A DNA stretch of 64,000 nucleotides from positions 1,600,001 to 1,664,000 of the forward strand of contig JBPOGI010000001.1 in the NCBI GenBank assembly GCA_051251855.1. The letters run 5' to 3'. The position numbers and the translations under genes are program-made. The stretch is from Roseibacillus sp. GTDB lineage: Bacteria > Verrucomicrobiota > Verrucomicrobiia > Verrucomicrobiales > Akkermansiaceae. Position 1 is the first letter of the stretch. Each line of letters starts with the position of its first letter. The notes beneath the pieces were generated by a model. That model was not told the DNA's origin and searched no databases. It saw only the letters and a list, made by a program, of their open reading frames with translations. Shown here piece by piece: positions 10,401-20,151 of this stretch.

Positions 10401-13208
10401 TTAAACTTCGAATGCACCTTCCACGAGCATTGCTTGCTCCCGTTTATGCATCGCCTTTGATCCTGCTGCAGGACTTGATGCTCGGTCGCGGCCCGAATAA
10501 CGGATCCGACTATCAAATGTGTCTTCTAGTCGCGGTCCCACGAAGGTCCAAGCCCCCATATTGAGCGGCTCCTCCTGACACCAAATCCACTTGGTATTGT
10601 TCGTGTAAGGCTTCGTTGCTGCTAAAACAGACTCTTCGTCGTAAGGATAAACCTGCTCCACCCGCACAATAGCAGCGTTATCGATACTGTTCGCTTTGCG
10701 ATACTCGATGAGGTCGTAGTAAACCTTTCCAGAGCAGAAGATCACCCGCTCCACCTCCTCTGGCTTTTGCTCCATTTCGGCATCACCAATCACTTCTTGG
10801 AAAGAAGTCTCCCCGCTTAAATCAGCCAGAGTCGAGACTGCTTCCGGCTTGGTCAAAAGACTCTTAGGAGTCATCAAGATCAGCGGTTTGCGGAAATTAC
10901 GAAGCTTCTGACGTCGAAGAGCATGGAAATACTGTGCTGGAGTCGTGAAGTTACCAACAATCATATTCTTCTCCGCACACAACTGCAGAAAGCGTTCCAT
11001 ACGAGCACTCGAGTGCTCAGGCCCCATCCCCTCATAGCCGTGAGGAAGCAACATCACGAGGTCCGTCGGCGTCTGCCACTTCGACTCTGCCGAAGCAATA
11101 AACTGGTCAATAATCACCTGAGCTCCATTGCCAAAGTCACCGAATTGCGCCTCCCACATGATGAGCATGTTGTCACAGCCCAGCGAGTAACCATAATCGA
11201 AACCAAGCACGGCCGCTTCCGATAAAAGACTGTTATAGACACAGAATTTCGCCTGATCCTCCCCAAGATTCTTGAGCGGCGTGTAGCGCTCTCGAGTATT
11301 GTGATCGTAGAAAAATGCGTGCCTTTGACTAAAGGTGCCACGACGACAATCTTGGCCCGACAGCCTCACCGGATAACCTTCTAACAGTAGACTTCCCCAT
11401 GCCAGCGATTCCGCAAGCGCCCAATCAATGCCCTCCCCTTCGGCCATCGCTTGCGCACGCCGCGGGACAAAGCGCTTTTTGAGAGTCGGGTGAAGATTGA
11501 AATCAGCGGGAATATCCGTCAGCACGCTTCCCACCTTCTTCAGAACCTCTTCCGAGACCCCCGAAGTCACGGTGTCGTGCTTGTAAGCCTCCTGCTCAAT
11601 CGCAGTCGAACCACTGAACACCGTGCGCTCCCCCTCTTCCTCCAAGCGACGCATCTCCTCGTAACCCGCCTCTAAGCGAGCCCAAATCTTCTTATGCAGT
11701 TCGTCGGCACGCTCCAAAGTCACGGACCCAACCCCCGCCAACTCATCACGGTAGAGCTGACCCGCGGTTTTGCGCTCATCCAACTTGCGATAAATATGTG
11801 GCTGTGTGAAAGCGGCCTGATCCGTCTCGTTGTGGCCTTGGCGACGATAGCAATACATGTCGATCACGATATCGCGCCCCCACTTCTGGCGGAACTCCAA
11901 GGCAAACTCAGCCGCCCACCAAAGCTCCTCCGGCTTCTCACCATTCACGTGCAAAATGGGAGCTTCAATCATCTTGGCCACATCCGTCGCATAACTCGAT
12001 GAACGCGCGTCCGCCGGCATGGTAGTGAAGCCAATTTGATTGTTAATAATAAGGTGAATCGTTCCTCCCGTGCGATAGCCGGGAAGCTGCGAAAGGTTCA
12101 AAACCTCCGCCACCGAACCCTGTCCCGCAAAGGCAGCATCTCCATGAAGAAGGAGTGGCAAGACCTGCTTGCGGTCCGTCTTCACACCATCATCGCCAAT
12201 CACCCGCTGACGTGCGCGTGCTTTTCCTTCAACAACGGCATTAACGGCCTCCAAGTGACTAGGATTTGCCGCCAAATTCACGCGAATCTTACCATCCTTG
12301 ACCTCACGAACACTTTCGTAGCCCAAGTGATACTTCACATCTCCGTCACCAGCGACCAAGTCAGGCACATAGTTAGGAGTAAACTCATAGAGCAGAGTGC
12401 GAATCTTCTTCCGTAAAAAGTTGGCCAGAATGTTAAGACGCCCTCGGTGAGCCATTCCCATCTCGATCTCCTTGACGTCGCTTGACGGACAAAGCTGCAA
12501 AATCCGGTTCAAAAGCACCATCACCCCTTCGCCACCCTCCAGAGAAAATCGCTTTTCCCCCAAAAATCGCTTCCCGACAAACTGCTCGAAAATCTCGGCC
12601 TCAAACAACCAGCGCAAAGCCTGAGATTGCTGCTCCTCGTTCATGACTTTTCGCTCACCGCGATGCTCCACCCTCTCCCGAATCCAGTTCCGGACCTCGG
12701 TATTGTGAATATGCATGAACTCAAAACCAATCGATCCCGAGTAGGTCTCCTTCAGAGCTTCCACCATGTCGCGAAGAGTCATCCCCTCGCCTTTGCGGAA
12801 AAACTGAGTCGCAGCAGGCCTATCAAGGTCTTCCTCCGTGATTCCAAAGCGGCTCAACTCCAAACGAGGATTCACGGGGGCCTCATCCTCCAGCGGATTG
12901 ATATGGGCCTGAGTATGACCCAGCGTCCGATAGTTATAAACGAGGCTCACCACCCGTCCTAAGAAGTTCAGGTTGTGGTCGCTATCAAGGTCCGCACCCA
13001 AAGTCGCCGCACCCGAGGAGGGACTCGACTTACTTTGTGCTTGGCCAGACGCAGCCTCACTCTTCGGCTTAGCCTGCACCACCCCCAGCTCAAAACCTTC
13101 GAAAAAAGCGGCCCAAGTGCCATCGACAGACCGAGGGTCAGCGAGCCAGCGCTCGTAGTTTTCATCTAGCAAATTCGCATTTAAGCGTGCCGAAACGGAG
13201 GAACTCAT
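10401..13208 (-). CDS. sucA: 2-oxoglutarate dehydrogenase E1
   Basis: GMAHRGRLN, GDVKYHLG, HGDAAFAGQG, WEAQFGDF, GPEHSSAR. Start moved to ATG 13208. Confidence 0.97.
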   Translation of the reverse strand: MSSSVSARLNANLLDENYERWLADPRSVDGTWAAFFEGFELGVVQAKPKSEAASGQAQSKSSPSSGAATLGADLDSDHNLNFLGRVVSLVYNYRTLGHTQAHINPLEDEAPVNPRLELSRFGITEEDLDRPAATQFFRKGEGMTLRDMVEALKETYSGSIGFEFMHIHNTEVRNWIRERVEHRGERKVMNEEQQSQALRWLFEAEIFEQFVGKRFLGEKRFSLEGGEGVMVLLNRILQLCPSSDVKEIEMGMAHRGRLNILANFLRKKIRTLLYEFTPNYVPDLVAGDGDVKYHLGYESVREVKDGKIRVNLAANPSHLEAVNAVVEGKARARQRVIGDDGVKTDRKQVLPLLLHGDAAFAGQGSVAEVLNLSQLPGYRTGGTIHLIINNQIGFTTMPADARSSSYATDVAKMIEAPILHVNGEKPEELWWAAEFALEFRQKWGRDIVIDMYCYRRQGHNETDQAAFTQPHIYRKLDERKTAGQLYRDELAGVGSVTLERADELHKKIWARLEAGYEEMRRLEEEGERTVFSGSTAIEQEAYKHDTVTSGVSEEVLKKVGSVLTDIPADFNLHPTLKKRFVPRRAQAMAEGEGIDWALAESLAWGSLLLEGYPVRLSGQDCRRGTFSQRHAFFYDHNTRERYTPLKNLGEDQAKFCVYNSLLSEAAVLGFDYGYSLGCDNMLIMWEAQFGDFGNGAQVIIDQFIASAESKWQTPTDLVMLLPHGYEGMGPEHSSARMERFLQLCAEKNMIVGNFTTPAQYFHALRRQKLRNFRKPLILMTPKSLLTKPEAVSTLADLSGETSFQEVIGDAEMEQKPEEVERVIFCSGKVYYDLIEYRKANSIDNAAIVRVEQVYPYDEESVLAATKPYTNNTKWIWCQEEPLNMGAWTFVGPRLEDTFDSRIRYSGRDRASSPAAGSKAMHKREQAMLVEGAFEV

Positions 13209-13354
13209 GAGTGGGTGAAAGTAGTCTTCGCTCCCTGCTAGGATTGACCTTGCTTGGAACCGCCAAGGCGTATGCGCCAATTGGCCTTTAGTCAATCACG
13301 CTCCTAACCTTCTGCGACTGCAAACCACATTCCCCGATCTCGACCAATCGTCCT

Positions 13355-13648
13355 CTACAAAGGATAGCGACCGTCCTCGTCTTCCCCCTCCCAGCCGAGC
13401 CCTCGAAACGCTCGGATAATTCCGACCTCCAAATCATCCTCACCCTCCGCCGCCTCAATCACCGCCGAACGAGCCAATCCTCGCTGAGATTCGATAGAAA
13501 CCACCGTCTCCTTGCCTTCAAAAACAATCCAGTCTCCCCAGCTTTGCTTATCGTGCTTCGCCGGAATCTTCTGACCCTCCAAAGCCAGCACCACCTCCTT
13601 AATCGAAGCTGGAGGCTCTCCCTCGCGTACCATAACACGTGTTTCCAT
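13355..13648 (-). CDS. Hypothetical protein (97 aa)
   Basis: C-terminal part of track ORF 13355..13996 from ATG 13648 (METRVMVREG...); does not overlap msrA. Confidence 0.65.
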   Translation of the reverse strand: METRVMVREGEPPASIKEVVLALEGQKIPAKHDKQSWGDWIVFEGKETVVSIESQRGLARSAVIEAAEGEDDLEVGIIRAFRGLGWEGEDEDGRYPL

Positions 13649-13747
13649 CCCCCGTTCCTTGGCTAAAGAGATTGCAGCCGCAAGAAGATTTCGAAAAATC
13701 ACTTTCTCTCGGGAATTTACGGCGTAACTTTCAACTCTTATCTCTGT

Positions 13748-14398
13748 ATGAAAACTCTTCTCACCCAACTTTTGGTTTGCTTTGGATTGCTCACCGCAGC
13801 GTCCTGCGAACCGAACACCCAAACCGCAACCCCACCCAAAAACGTCAAATTGAAAGAAAACATCGACGACAAAGAAGGAGTCCCAGAAGGCTATCAAATC
13901 ATCACTCTCGGTGGAGGCTGCTACTGGTGCGTCGAAGCCGTCTTCCAACAACTCGAAGGCGTCCACTCTGTTGTCTCCGGCTTCACAGGTGGGCACATCG
14001 CCTCCCCAACTTACGAAGAAGTCTGCAGCAAGCAGTCAGGCCACATCGAAGTCATCAAGGTCGTCTACGACCCCAAAAAGCTCCCACTCGGCGATGCTCT
14101 CGCTTGGTTCTGGTCATCCCATGACCCCACCACAAAAGACCGTCAAGGCAACGACGTCGGCCCACAATACGCTTCTGCTATCTTCTATCACAACGAAGAG
14201 GACAAAGCCGTCATCGACGCTTCCATCGAGAACGCTCAGAAGGAATTCGACAAACCTATCGTCACCGTCGTACGCAAGGCTGAAAAATTCTACGAGGCTC
14301 CTGCCGACCACCAAGATTACTACTTCCAGAATAAGAACGCGGGCTACTGCCAATACGTCATCAAGCCCAAGCTCGAAAAGCTCAAGCTGAAGAAGTAA
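13748..14398 (+). CDS. msrA: Peptide-methionine (S)-S-oxide reductase, probable lipoprotein
   Basis: GGGCYWCVE active site, HDPT..RQGNDVGPQYAS, HQDYY..GYC; signal peptide ending LTAASC. Confidence 0.95.
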   Translation: MKTLLTQLLVCFGLLTAASCEPNTQTATPPKNVKLKENIDDKEGVPEGYQIITLGGGCYWCVEAVFQQLEGVHSVVSGFTGGHIASPTYEEVCSKQSGHIEVIKVVYDPKKLPLGDALAWFWSSHDPTTKDRQGNDVGPQYASAIFYHNEEDKAVIDASIENAQKEFDKPIVTVVRKAEKFYEAPADHQDYYFQNKNAGYCQYVIKPKLEKLKLKK

Positions 14399-14405
14399 AA
14401 GGCGC

Positions 14406-14680
14406 GTCGACTTCAGTCGAATGGCACTGCGTTAAGCCATATTGTCGTATCGGGCTCAGAGAATTGGGAGCGCGGTCTTTCCAAGCCGCTACCTAAAAAC
14501 CTACAGAGTTGAAGGTAGGCCCGTAGGTTCCCGAATCGATTGCTCCGATGATGACTGAACCGGCCTCCTGCGATCGATATCAACCCCAGCAGCTTAAAAA
14601 GCCACTCTCCCGAGCCTACGGCCACCGTCTTTTTGTCTCCCGGCTTTTCTCTTAACACATGCCATTCGACTCAAGTCGAC
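14406..14680. repeat. REPIN/BIME-like element: terminal inverted repeats enclosing a REP copy
   Basis: GTCGACTTCAGTCGAATGGCA (14406-14426) matches the reverse complement of 14660-14680 at 20/21; internal GGAGCGCGGTCTTTCCAAGCCGC at 14467-14489. Confidence 0.7.
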
Positions 14681-14718
14681 CCTTCAGGCAGCCGAGACAA
14701 CCTCCGCAAACGGATGTA

Positions 14719-16119
14719 CTAGAACTCCACCGTCTTCCCAAGCTCACCGACCTCGACATCGCCGTCATGAATCTCACGCAGCGCATCGCACAAGGCCTCC
14801 GAGCGAGACTGCTCCCCGTGAATCAGCCAGACCTTACTCTTCGGCCCCGTCGTCGCTTGAAAGTAATCTAACAACTCCGAGTGGTCGGCGTGACCCGAGA
14901 AGGAATCCACCATATCGATGCGCGCCTTCACCGCATATTCATCGCCAAAAATCTTCACCTTGTCCCAGCCCTCTCGCAGCTTCCAACCGAGGGTCTGCTC
15001 CGCACAATAACCCACAAAGAAAACGGTATTGCGCGGATTGCCCACCCCATTCTTAAGGTGGTGCAAAATCCGACCAGCCTCGCACATTCCTGAGGCAGAA
15101 ATAATAATGCACTGCTCCTCACTCGCATTGAGAGCCTTCGACTTGTCCACCGAACGAATCAGCGTCAGCCCATTGAATCCAAAGGGATCGCGCTTTTCGT
15201 GCAAGAACTCATAGACCTCATCGTTAAAGCACTCCGGATGAAGCCGGAAAATCTCGGTCGCATTCGTCGCCAAAGGACTATCCACATAAACGGGCACTTT
15301 CGGAATCCGGCCATCTTCAAAAAGTTGATGCAGCACAAAGAGAATTTGCTGAGTCCGCTCCACCGCGAAGCAAGGGATAATCACCTTCCCGCCTTTTTTC
15401 AACGCCTGCTTGAGAACCGCAGCCACCTCATCATCGGCCCCCGTTCCCAACTCGTGCTCGCGGCCCCCGTAAGTGCTCTCCATCAACATGAAGTCGATGT
15501 CCTTACCCGGAACCGGATCGCGCAAAATATCGTTATCACCTCGACCAACATCTCCTGAGAAAAGGAAGCGCTTCGTCTTCCCGTCTTCTTCATCCTTCAC
15601 TTCTAACAGCACCTGAGCACTTCCCAAAATATGTCCCGCATCGAGGAACGTCAGCGTCACCCCGTTCGCAATCAACATCGGACGATTGTAGCCAAGGTTT
15701 ACGAACTGACGGAGGCACTTCTCGGCATCGATCTCATCGTAGAGCGGTTCAATCGGCGGCAAGTCTTCTTTCTTACGACGCTTGTTCATCCACTTGGCAT
15801 CACTGGTCTGAATCCGTGCCGAATCCGGCAACATGATCGCGCACAAGTCACGCGTTGCGAAGGTCGCAAAGATATTTCCAGCAAAACCCTTCTTCGAAAG
15901 ATTGGGAAGGTTCCCCGCATGGTCAATGTGCGCATGGGAAAGCACCACCGAATCAATCGTCGCCGGGTCAAAATGCGGAAAGCAGCAATTGATCTCATGA
16001 GCATCATTCCTCCGCCCCTGATACAATCCACAATCCAGCAAAATGCGCTGACCATTCACCTCCAACAAGTGCTGAGAACCAGTCGTCGTTCCCGCCGCTC
16101 CACAAAAAGTTAACTTCAT
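14719..16119 (-). CDS. MBL-fold beta-CASP ribonuclease
   Basis: SHAHIDHAG, AGHILGS, FSGDVG, ESTYG, ASGMCEAGR, SGHADH, IHGE. Start ATG 16119. Confidence 0.92.
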   Translation of the reverse strand: MKLTFCGAAGTTTGSQHLLEVNGQRILLDCGLYQGRRNDAHEINCCFPHFDPATIDSVVLSHAHIDHAGNLPNLSKKGFAGNIFATFATRDLCAIMLPDSARIQTSDAKWMNKRRKKEDLPPIEPLYDEIDAEKCLRQFVNLGYNRPMLIANGVTLTFLDAGHILGSAQVLLEVKDEEDGKTKRFLFSGDVGRGDNDILRDPVPGKDIDFMLMESTYGGREHELGTGADDEVAAVLKQALKKGGKVIIPCFAVERTQQILFVLHQLFEDGRIPKVPVYVDSPLATNATEIFRLHPECFNDEVYEFLHEKRDPFGFNGLTLIRSVDKSKALNASEEQCIIISASGMCEAGRILHHLKNGVGNPRNTVFFVGYCAEQTLGWKLREGWDKVKIFGDEYAVKARIDMVDSFSGHADHSELLDYFQATTGPKSKVWLIHGEQSRSEALCDALREIHDGDVEVGELGKTVEF

Positions 16120-16254
16120 CGCTCTCAAGCTAACACCTCCCCCTTTCCCTCCAAGGGGAAAAACAGTGCGTAAGCGTAAGTTCCTCCCTCAATTCAGCGG
16201 ACATTCACCGGACATCTTCTTCACAAGAGACCTTCCCCTCAACATACTCATGGG

Positions 16255-18048
16255 ATGAAGGCCTGCTTCTCATTTCTACTCTTCCTTTGCCTACCACTCG
16301 CTGCCGCGCCAAAAATCTCGGGCGAGCTCCAGCAATGGCACAAAGTCACCCTCACTTTCGACGGTCCCCAAACTTCGGAAACAGCCTCCCCCAACCCCTT
16401 CACCGACTTCCGCCTCGACCTCACCTTCACCCAGGGCAAAAGAAGCCTCCTCGTCCCCGGCTACTTTGCGGCCGACGGAGACGCCGCCAACACCTCTGCC
16501 ACCGAGGGCAACAAATGGCGCGTCCACTTCTCCCCACCCACCACCGGTGAATGGACCTGGCGATCCTCCTTTCGAACCGGTGAACAAATTGCGGTCACCG
16601 AAGCTCCCTCTGCAGGTTCACCCACCTCGTTTGATGGCACTACCGGAACCCTCACCATCGCACCCAGCAACAAAGTCGCCCCTGATTTCCGCGCCCTAGG
16701 CCATCTCGTCTACGACGGCACCCGCTACCCCAAAACCCTCGGGACCAATAAAACCTTCCTCAAAGCCGGGTCCGACGCCCCCGAAAACTTTCTTTCCTAC
16801 GCCGACTTCGATGGCGACTTCGCCAGCGACGGCATCAAGGACCATCTCGTCAAAACCTGGCAACCCCACCTCCGCGACTGGAACGAAGGCGATCCCGTGT
16901 GGCAGAAAGAAAAAGGCAAAGGCATGATTGGAGCCCTCAACTATCTTTCATCCAAAGGCATGAACGCCTTCTCCTTCCTCACCATGAACATCGGCGGCGA
17001 CGACGCCAACGTCTTCCCCTACCTCGATAGCAAGCAACTCGACCGCCTCGACGTCTCACGTCTCGCCCAATGGGAAATCGTCTTCAGTCACGCCACCAGC
17101 AAAGGCCTCTTTCTTCACTTCAAAACCCAAGAAACCGAGAACGAGCTCCTTCTCGACAACGGCGACCTCGGCCCTCAACGCCGCCTTTACTACCGCGAAC
17201 TCATCGCCCGCTTCGCTCACCATCCCGGACTCAACTGGAACATGGGCGAAGAAAATGGCCGATGGAAAAACAAGCCCGAAAAGCCCTTCCAAACCACCGA
17301 ACAAAGACTCGCCATGGGTCGTTTTATGCAAAAGAACGACCCCTACCAACACCCCATCGTCATCCACAATGGCCAATGGTATGACGACCTCTACGGACCC
17401 GACTCCCCCTACAACGGAGCCTCCCTTCAAACCGCAAACCCCGAATTCAAAAACGTTCACCGCGCCACCCACGGTATCTTGCAAGCCAGCGCCAAGAAGG
17501 GAAAACAATGGATGGTCGCCTGTGACGAACCCGGCGACGCCCAGCACTCTCTCGTTCCCGATTCCGTCGACCCCGAACACAACAACGCACGCACAGGCGC
17601 TCTCTGGGGAAACTTCCTCGCCGGCGGCTGGGGCATCGAGTGGTATTTCGGCTACGCTCACCCCCACTCTGACCTCACCTGCCAAGACTACCGCAGCCGC
17701 GACCTCATGTGGGACCAATCCCGCCACGCCCTCGAATTTTTCAAAGCTCACAACCTCCCCCTCGGTGAAATGGAAAACAACAACAGCCTGCTCTCTCACA
17801 AAGGCGACTTCTGCCTCACCAAGCCCGGCAACACCTATCTACTTCTCTTAAAAAACGCCTCCCAACCCACCCAACTCGACCTCGCCAAACATGAAGCCGA
17901 ATACACCGTTCGTTGGTTCAACCCTCGCAACGGTGGCCCTCTTCAAACAGGCTCCAAAGCCACCATTTCCGGCCACAACAAACAAGACCTCGGCGCCCCT
18001 CCCGCCGACCCAGAAAAAGACTGGGTCGTCCTTATCACTCGCAACTAA
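16255..18048 (+). CDS. Secreted DUF5060-domain protein (putative glycoside hydrolase-like)
   Basis: Signal peptide; GELQQWHKVTLTFDGP, VPGYFAADG..KWRVHFSP, WNMGEEN, VACDEPG, C-terminal WFNPRNG..DWVVLI. Confidence 0.75.
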   Translation: MKACFSFLLFLCLPLAAAPKISGELQQWHKVTLTFDGPQTSETASPNPFTDFRLDLTFTQGKRSLLVPGYFAADGDAANTSATEGNKWRVHFSPPTTGEWTWRSSFRTGEQIAVTEAPSAGSPTSFDGTTGTLTIAPSNKVAPDFRALGHLVYDGTRYPKTLGTNKTFLKAGSDAPENFLSYADFDGDFASDGIKDHLVKTWQPHLRDWNEGDPVWQKEKGKGMIGALNYLSSKGMNAFSFLTMNIGGDDANVFPYLDSKQLDRLDVSRLAQWEIVFSHATSKGLFLHFKTQETENELLLDNGDLGPQRRLYYRELIARFAHHPGLNWNMGEENGRWKNKPEKPFQTTEQRLAMGRFMQKNDPYQHPIVIHNGQWYDDLYGPDSPYNGASLQTANPEFKNVHRATHGILQASAKKGKQWMVACDEPGDAQHSLVPDSVDPEHNNARTGALWGNFLAGGWGIEWYFGYAHPHSDLTCQDYRSRDLMWDQSRHALEFFKAHNLPLGEMENNNSLLSHKGDFCLTKPGNTYLLLLKNASQPTQLDLAKHEAEYTVRWFNPRNGGPLQTGSKATISGHNKQDLGAPPADPEKDWVVLITRN

Positions 18049-18054
18049 CTTCCC

Positions 18055-19557
18055 ATGAAAACAACCCTTTTCACCGCCACACTATTAACTACATCACTTT
18101 TGTTATCTGCCAATGAGCGACCCAACATCGTTTTCATCATGGCCGATGACTTGGGCCTGGGAGACGTCGCCTTCCATCGCAAAAATTTCCAGCAGAAGGA
18201 CATCATCGTCCCCACCCCCAATATCGACGCCCTCGCCGAGCAGGCGCTTTGGTTCACCGATGGCCACTCCTCCACCGCCTTATGTTCTCCCACGCGCTAT
18301 TGCGCTATGACCGGCAATCACAACTACCGCAGCTATGCCCCCTGGGGCGTCTGGGGAGCCTTCCGTGAATCTCCCATTAAGAAAGACGATGCCACCCTCG
18401 GCACCGTTACCCGCGATGCCGGCTACACCACCGCCTTCATCGGCAAGTGGCACCTCGGAGGCGACTTTTACACCCAAGGCACTCAAGAAATCTACCGCAG
18501 CACCGAACGCGGCAACCCCGATTTCAAAGTCGATGTCAGCCAATGGATAGGCGGCAATCCCAAATCCTTCGGTTTCGACTACGACTTCACTCTTCCTTGC
18601 GGCATTCAAGGCCCCGTCTACACCGCCTACGAGAACGGCACTTGGGCCCCCTTCTCCTCAGACTCCACCATCGTCTTCCTCAACAAAGACAACGCCCTCG
18701 ACCCTCGCTTCATCTCCGACAAAGGCCCCGGTCCCGGAGACTCCCATTGGAACACCAAAGAGGTCGGCCCTCTCCTCGCCAACAAAGCCGCCGCCTTCAT
18801 CAAAAAGCAATCCCGCGAACAACCCTTCTTCCTCTGCTACTGGAGCCCCAACGTGCATCTCCCACACTGTCCACCCGAAGAAATCAACGGCGTCAAAATT
18901 GCCGGCCAAACTCCCACCGCTCACCTCGACACCATCCTCGACCTCGACCAACAGGTCAAAACCATCACCGACGCCCTCAAAAAATCGGGAGCCTTCGAGA
19001 ACACCCTCCTCATCTTCACTTCCGACAACGGCGGCCTCAACGACGGCCCCGCGCAAAAAGCTGGCCACGCATCGAACGGTGGCTTTCGCGGAACCAAAAA
19101 CGCTCCCCACGAAGGCGGCCACCGCGTCCCCTTTTTCGCAACCTGGCCCGGTATCATCCAGCCCGGCACCAGCGACGCCGTTGTCACCACCCACGACGTT
19201 CTCGCCACCATTGCCGCAGCGGCCGGAAAACCCGTCACCAACGAGCAAGCTCCCGACTCCCTCAACTTTCTCCACATCTTAAAAGGCAAAAGCAAGAACA
19301 CCGGCCGCAAGGAAGTCCTCCTCCAAGGGGGCAGCAAAAACGAGCTCATCTTCCGCCAAGGCCAGTGGAAACTCATCATCCAAAGTAATCACAAGCTCTC
19401 CAAATTCGAGCCCACTGGCCTCTTCAACCTCTCTGACAACGTTAAAGAGCTCGAAAAAGACAATCTCATCCAATCCCCCGAGTACCAATCCCGCGTCCAA
19501 ACCATGCTCACCCGCTACCTCGACCTCCGAAAAACCAAAGCCCCCACCGCCCAATAA
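18055..19557 (+). CDS. Arylsulfatase-family (formylglycine-dependent) sulfatase
   Basis: PNIVFIMADDLG, CSPTR, GKWHLG, SDNG, EGGHRVPF; signal peptide. Confidence 0.93.
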   Translation: MKTTLFTATLLTTSLLLSANERPNIVFIMADDLGLGDVAFHRKNFQQKDIIVPTPNIDALAEQALWFTDGHSSTALCSPTRYCAMTGNHNYRSYAPWGVWGAFRESPIKKDDATLGTVTRDAGYTTAFIGKWHLGGDFYTQGTQEIYRSTERGNPDFKVDVSQWIGGNPKSFGFDYDFTLPCGIQGPVYTAYENGTWAPFSSDSTIVFLNKDNALDPRFISDKGPGPGDSHWNTKEVGPLLANKAAAFIKKQSREQPFFLCYWSPNVHLPHCPPEEINGVKIAGQTPTAHLDTILDLDQQVKTITDALKKSGAFENTLLIFTSDNGGLNDGPAQKAGHASNGGFRGTKNAPHEGGHRVPFFATWPGIIQPGTSDAVVTTHDVLATIAAAAGKPVTNEQAPDSLNFLHILKGKSKNTGRKEVLLQGGSKNELIFRQGQWKLIIQSNHKLSKFEPTGLFNLSDNVKELEKDNLIQSPEYQSRVQTMLTRYLDLRKTKAPTAQ

Positions 19558-19563
19558 TCTCAA

Positions 19564-19657
19564 GGAGATTCGGCTTCAGCCGTCCCCACCAAGGACCGAA
19601 CAGGAGCGCGGTCTTTCCAAGCCGCCACCTTGAGATGTTGGCTGTTCAGGGTAGGCC
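19564..19657 (+). repeat. Composite REP-like repeat related to 14401-14521
   Basis: GGAGATTCGGCTTCAGCCG (19564-19582), then GGAGCGCGGTCTTTCCAAGCCGC (19603-19625, identical to 14467-14489), then GGTAGGCC at the same offset as in the other copy. Confidence 0.75.
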
Positions 19658-19833
19658 TACCAGCCTTCGGATCCTTATATTCGAGTTCAAATACCCACCG
19701 ACCCGAAAACTGAACTATCTCAGCGGCATTCAATACCGCGGAAGCCTTTGGCTTCTTCATCGCTCAACTCCAATTTTCGACCACCCTGCCCAAATCACCC
19801 CAGAAACGACCAAAATTAGTCCAAGATTCCTTC

Positions 19834-19862
19834 TTGCCATCCCCCCGCAAAGCCCCTAGGTT
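19834..19862 (+). promoter_or_regulatory. Putative sigma70 promoter of the small basic protein gene
   Basis: TTGCCA-N17-TAGGTT followed by CCCGCCCCC. Confidence 0.55.
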
Positions 19863-19889
19863 CCCGCCCCCGAACGACCCGAAATTCTC

Positions 19890-20045
19890 ATGTCTAAGCA
19901 TAACAGTCTCAAAGCAGCCAGCACCGCAGGTGGAAAGCGTTCCGTAATGAAGCGTTTCGAACGCATCAAAGTCTTGCGCGAGCGCGGCCAATGGAAAGAG
20001 GGCCAGAGCCCTATCGGCCTCCCCAAGACCAAAGGCGAAGCTTAA
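19890..20045 (+). CDS. PVC superphylum small basic (signature) protein, 51 aa
   Basis: Below the ORF-track cutoff: MSKHNSLKAASTAGGKRSVMKRFERIKVLRERGQWKEGQSPIGLPKTKGEA; matches the MSxHxSL...RxVxKRxERI...GLPK pattern of this family. Confidence 0.9.
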   Translation: MSKHNSLKAASTAGGKRSVMKRFERIKVLRERGQWKEGQSPIGLPKTKGEA

Positions 20046-20074
20046 TTCCCCTTTCTTGATTTAATCACATTTCG

Positions 20075-20127
20075 AGCGGAACCCCACGCGTCGCCCTCTG
20101 GCTTCGCCGAAAAGGTTCCGCTTTTTT
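20075..20127 (+). terminator. Terminator-like stem with large loop
   Basis: AGCGGAACC (20075-20083) pairs with GGTTCCGCT (20114-20122), followed by a T-run. Confidence 0.5.
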
Positions 20128-20151
20128 GTCGCCACACTTAGCGCCACCCCG

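Noticed and set aside
13649..13996. N-terminal extension of ORF 13355..13996
   Set aside because: Largely antisense to msrA; the plausible start is ATG 13648.
16287..19563. Long alternative-frame ORFs rich in Pro/Arg/Ser/Thr inside C-rich genes (also 54353..54979 and 58278..59162)
   Set aside because: Artefacts of strong C-ending codon bias, which removes stop codons from other frames.
19560..19760. 66-aa minus-strand ORF, and similarly 14413..14658 and 29857..30114
   Set aside because: They read through REP sequences (for example AAWKDRAP) and lack protein-family features.
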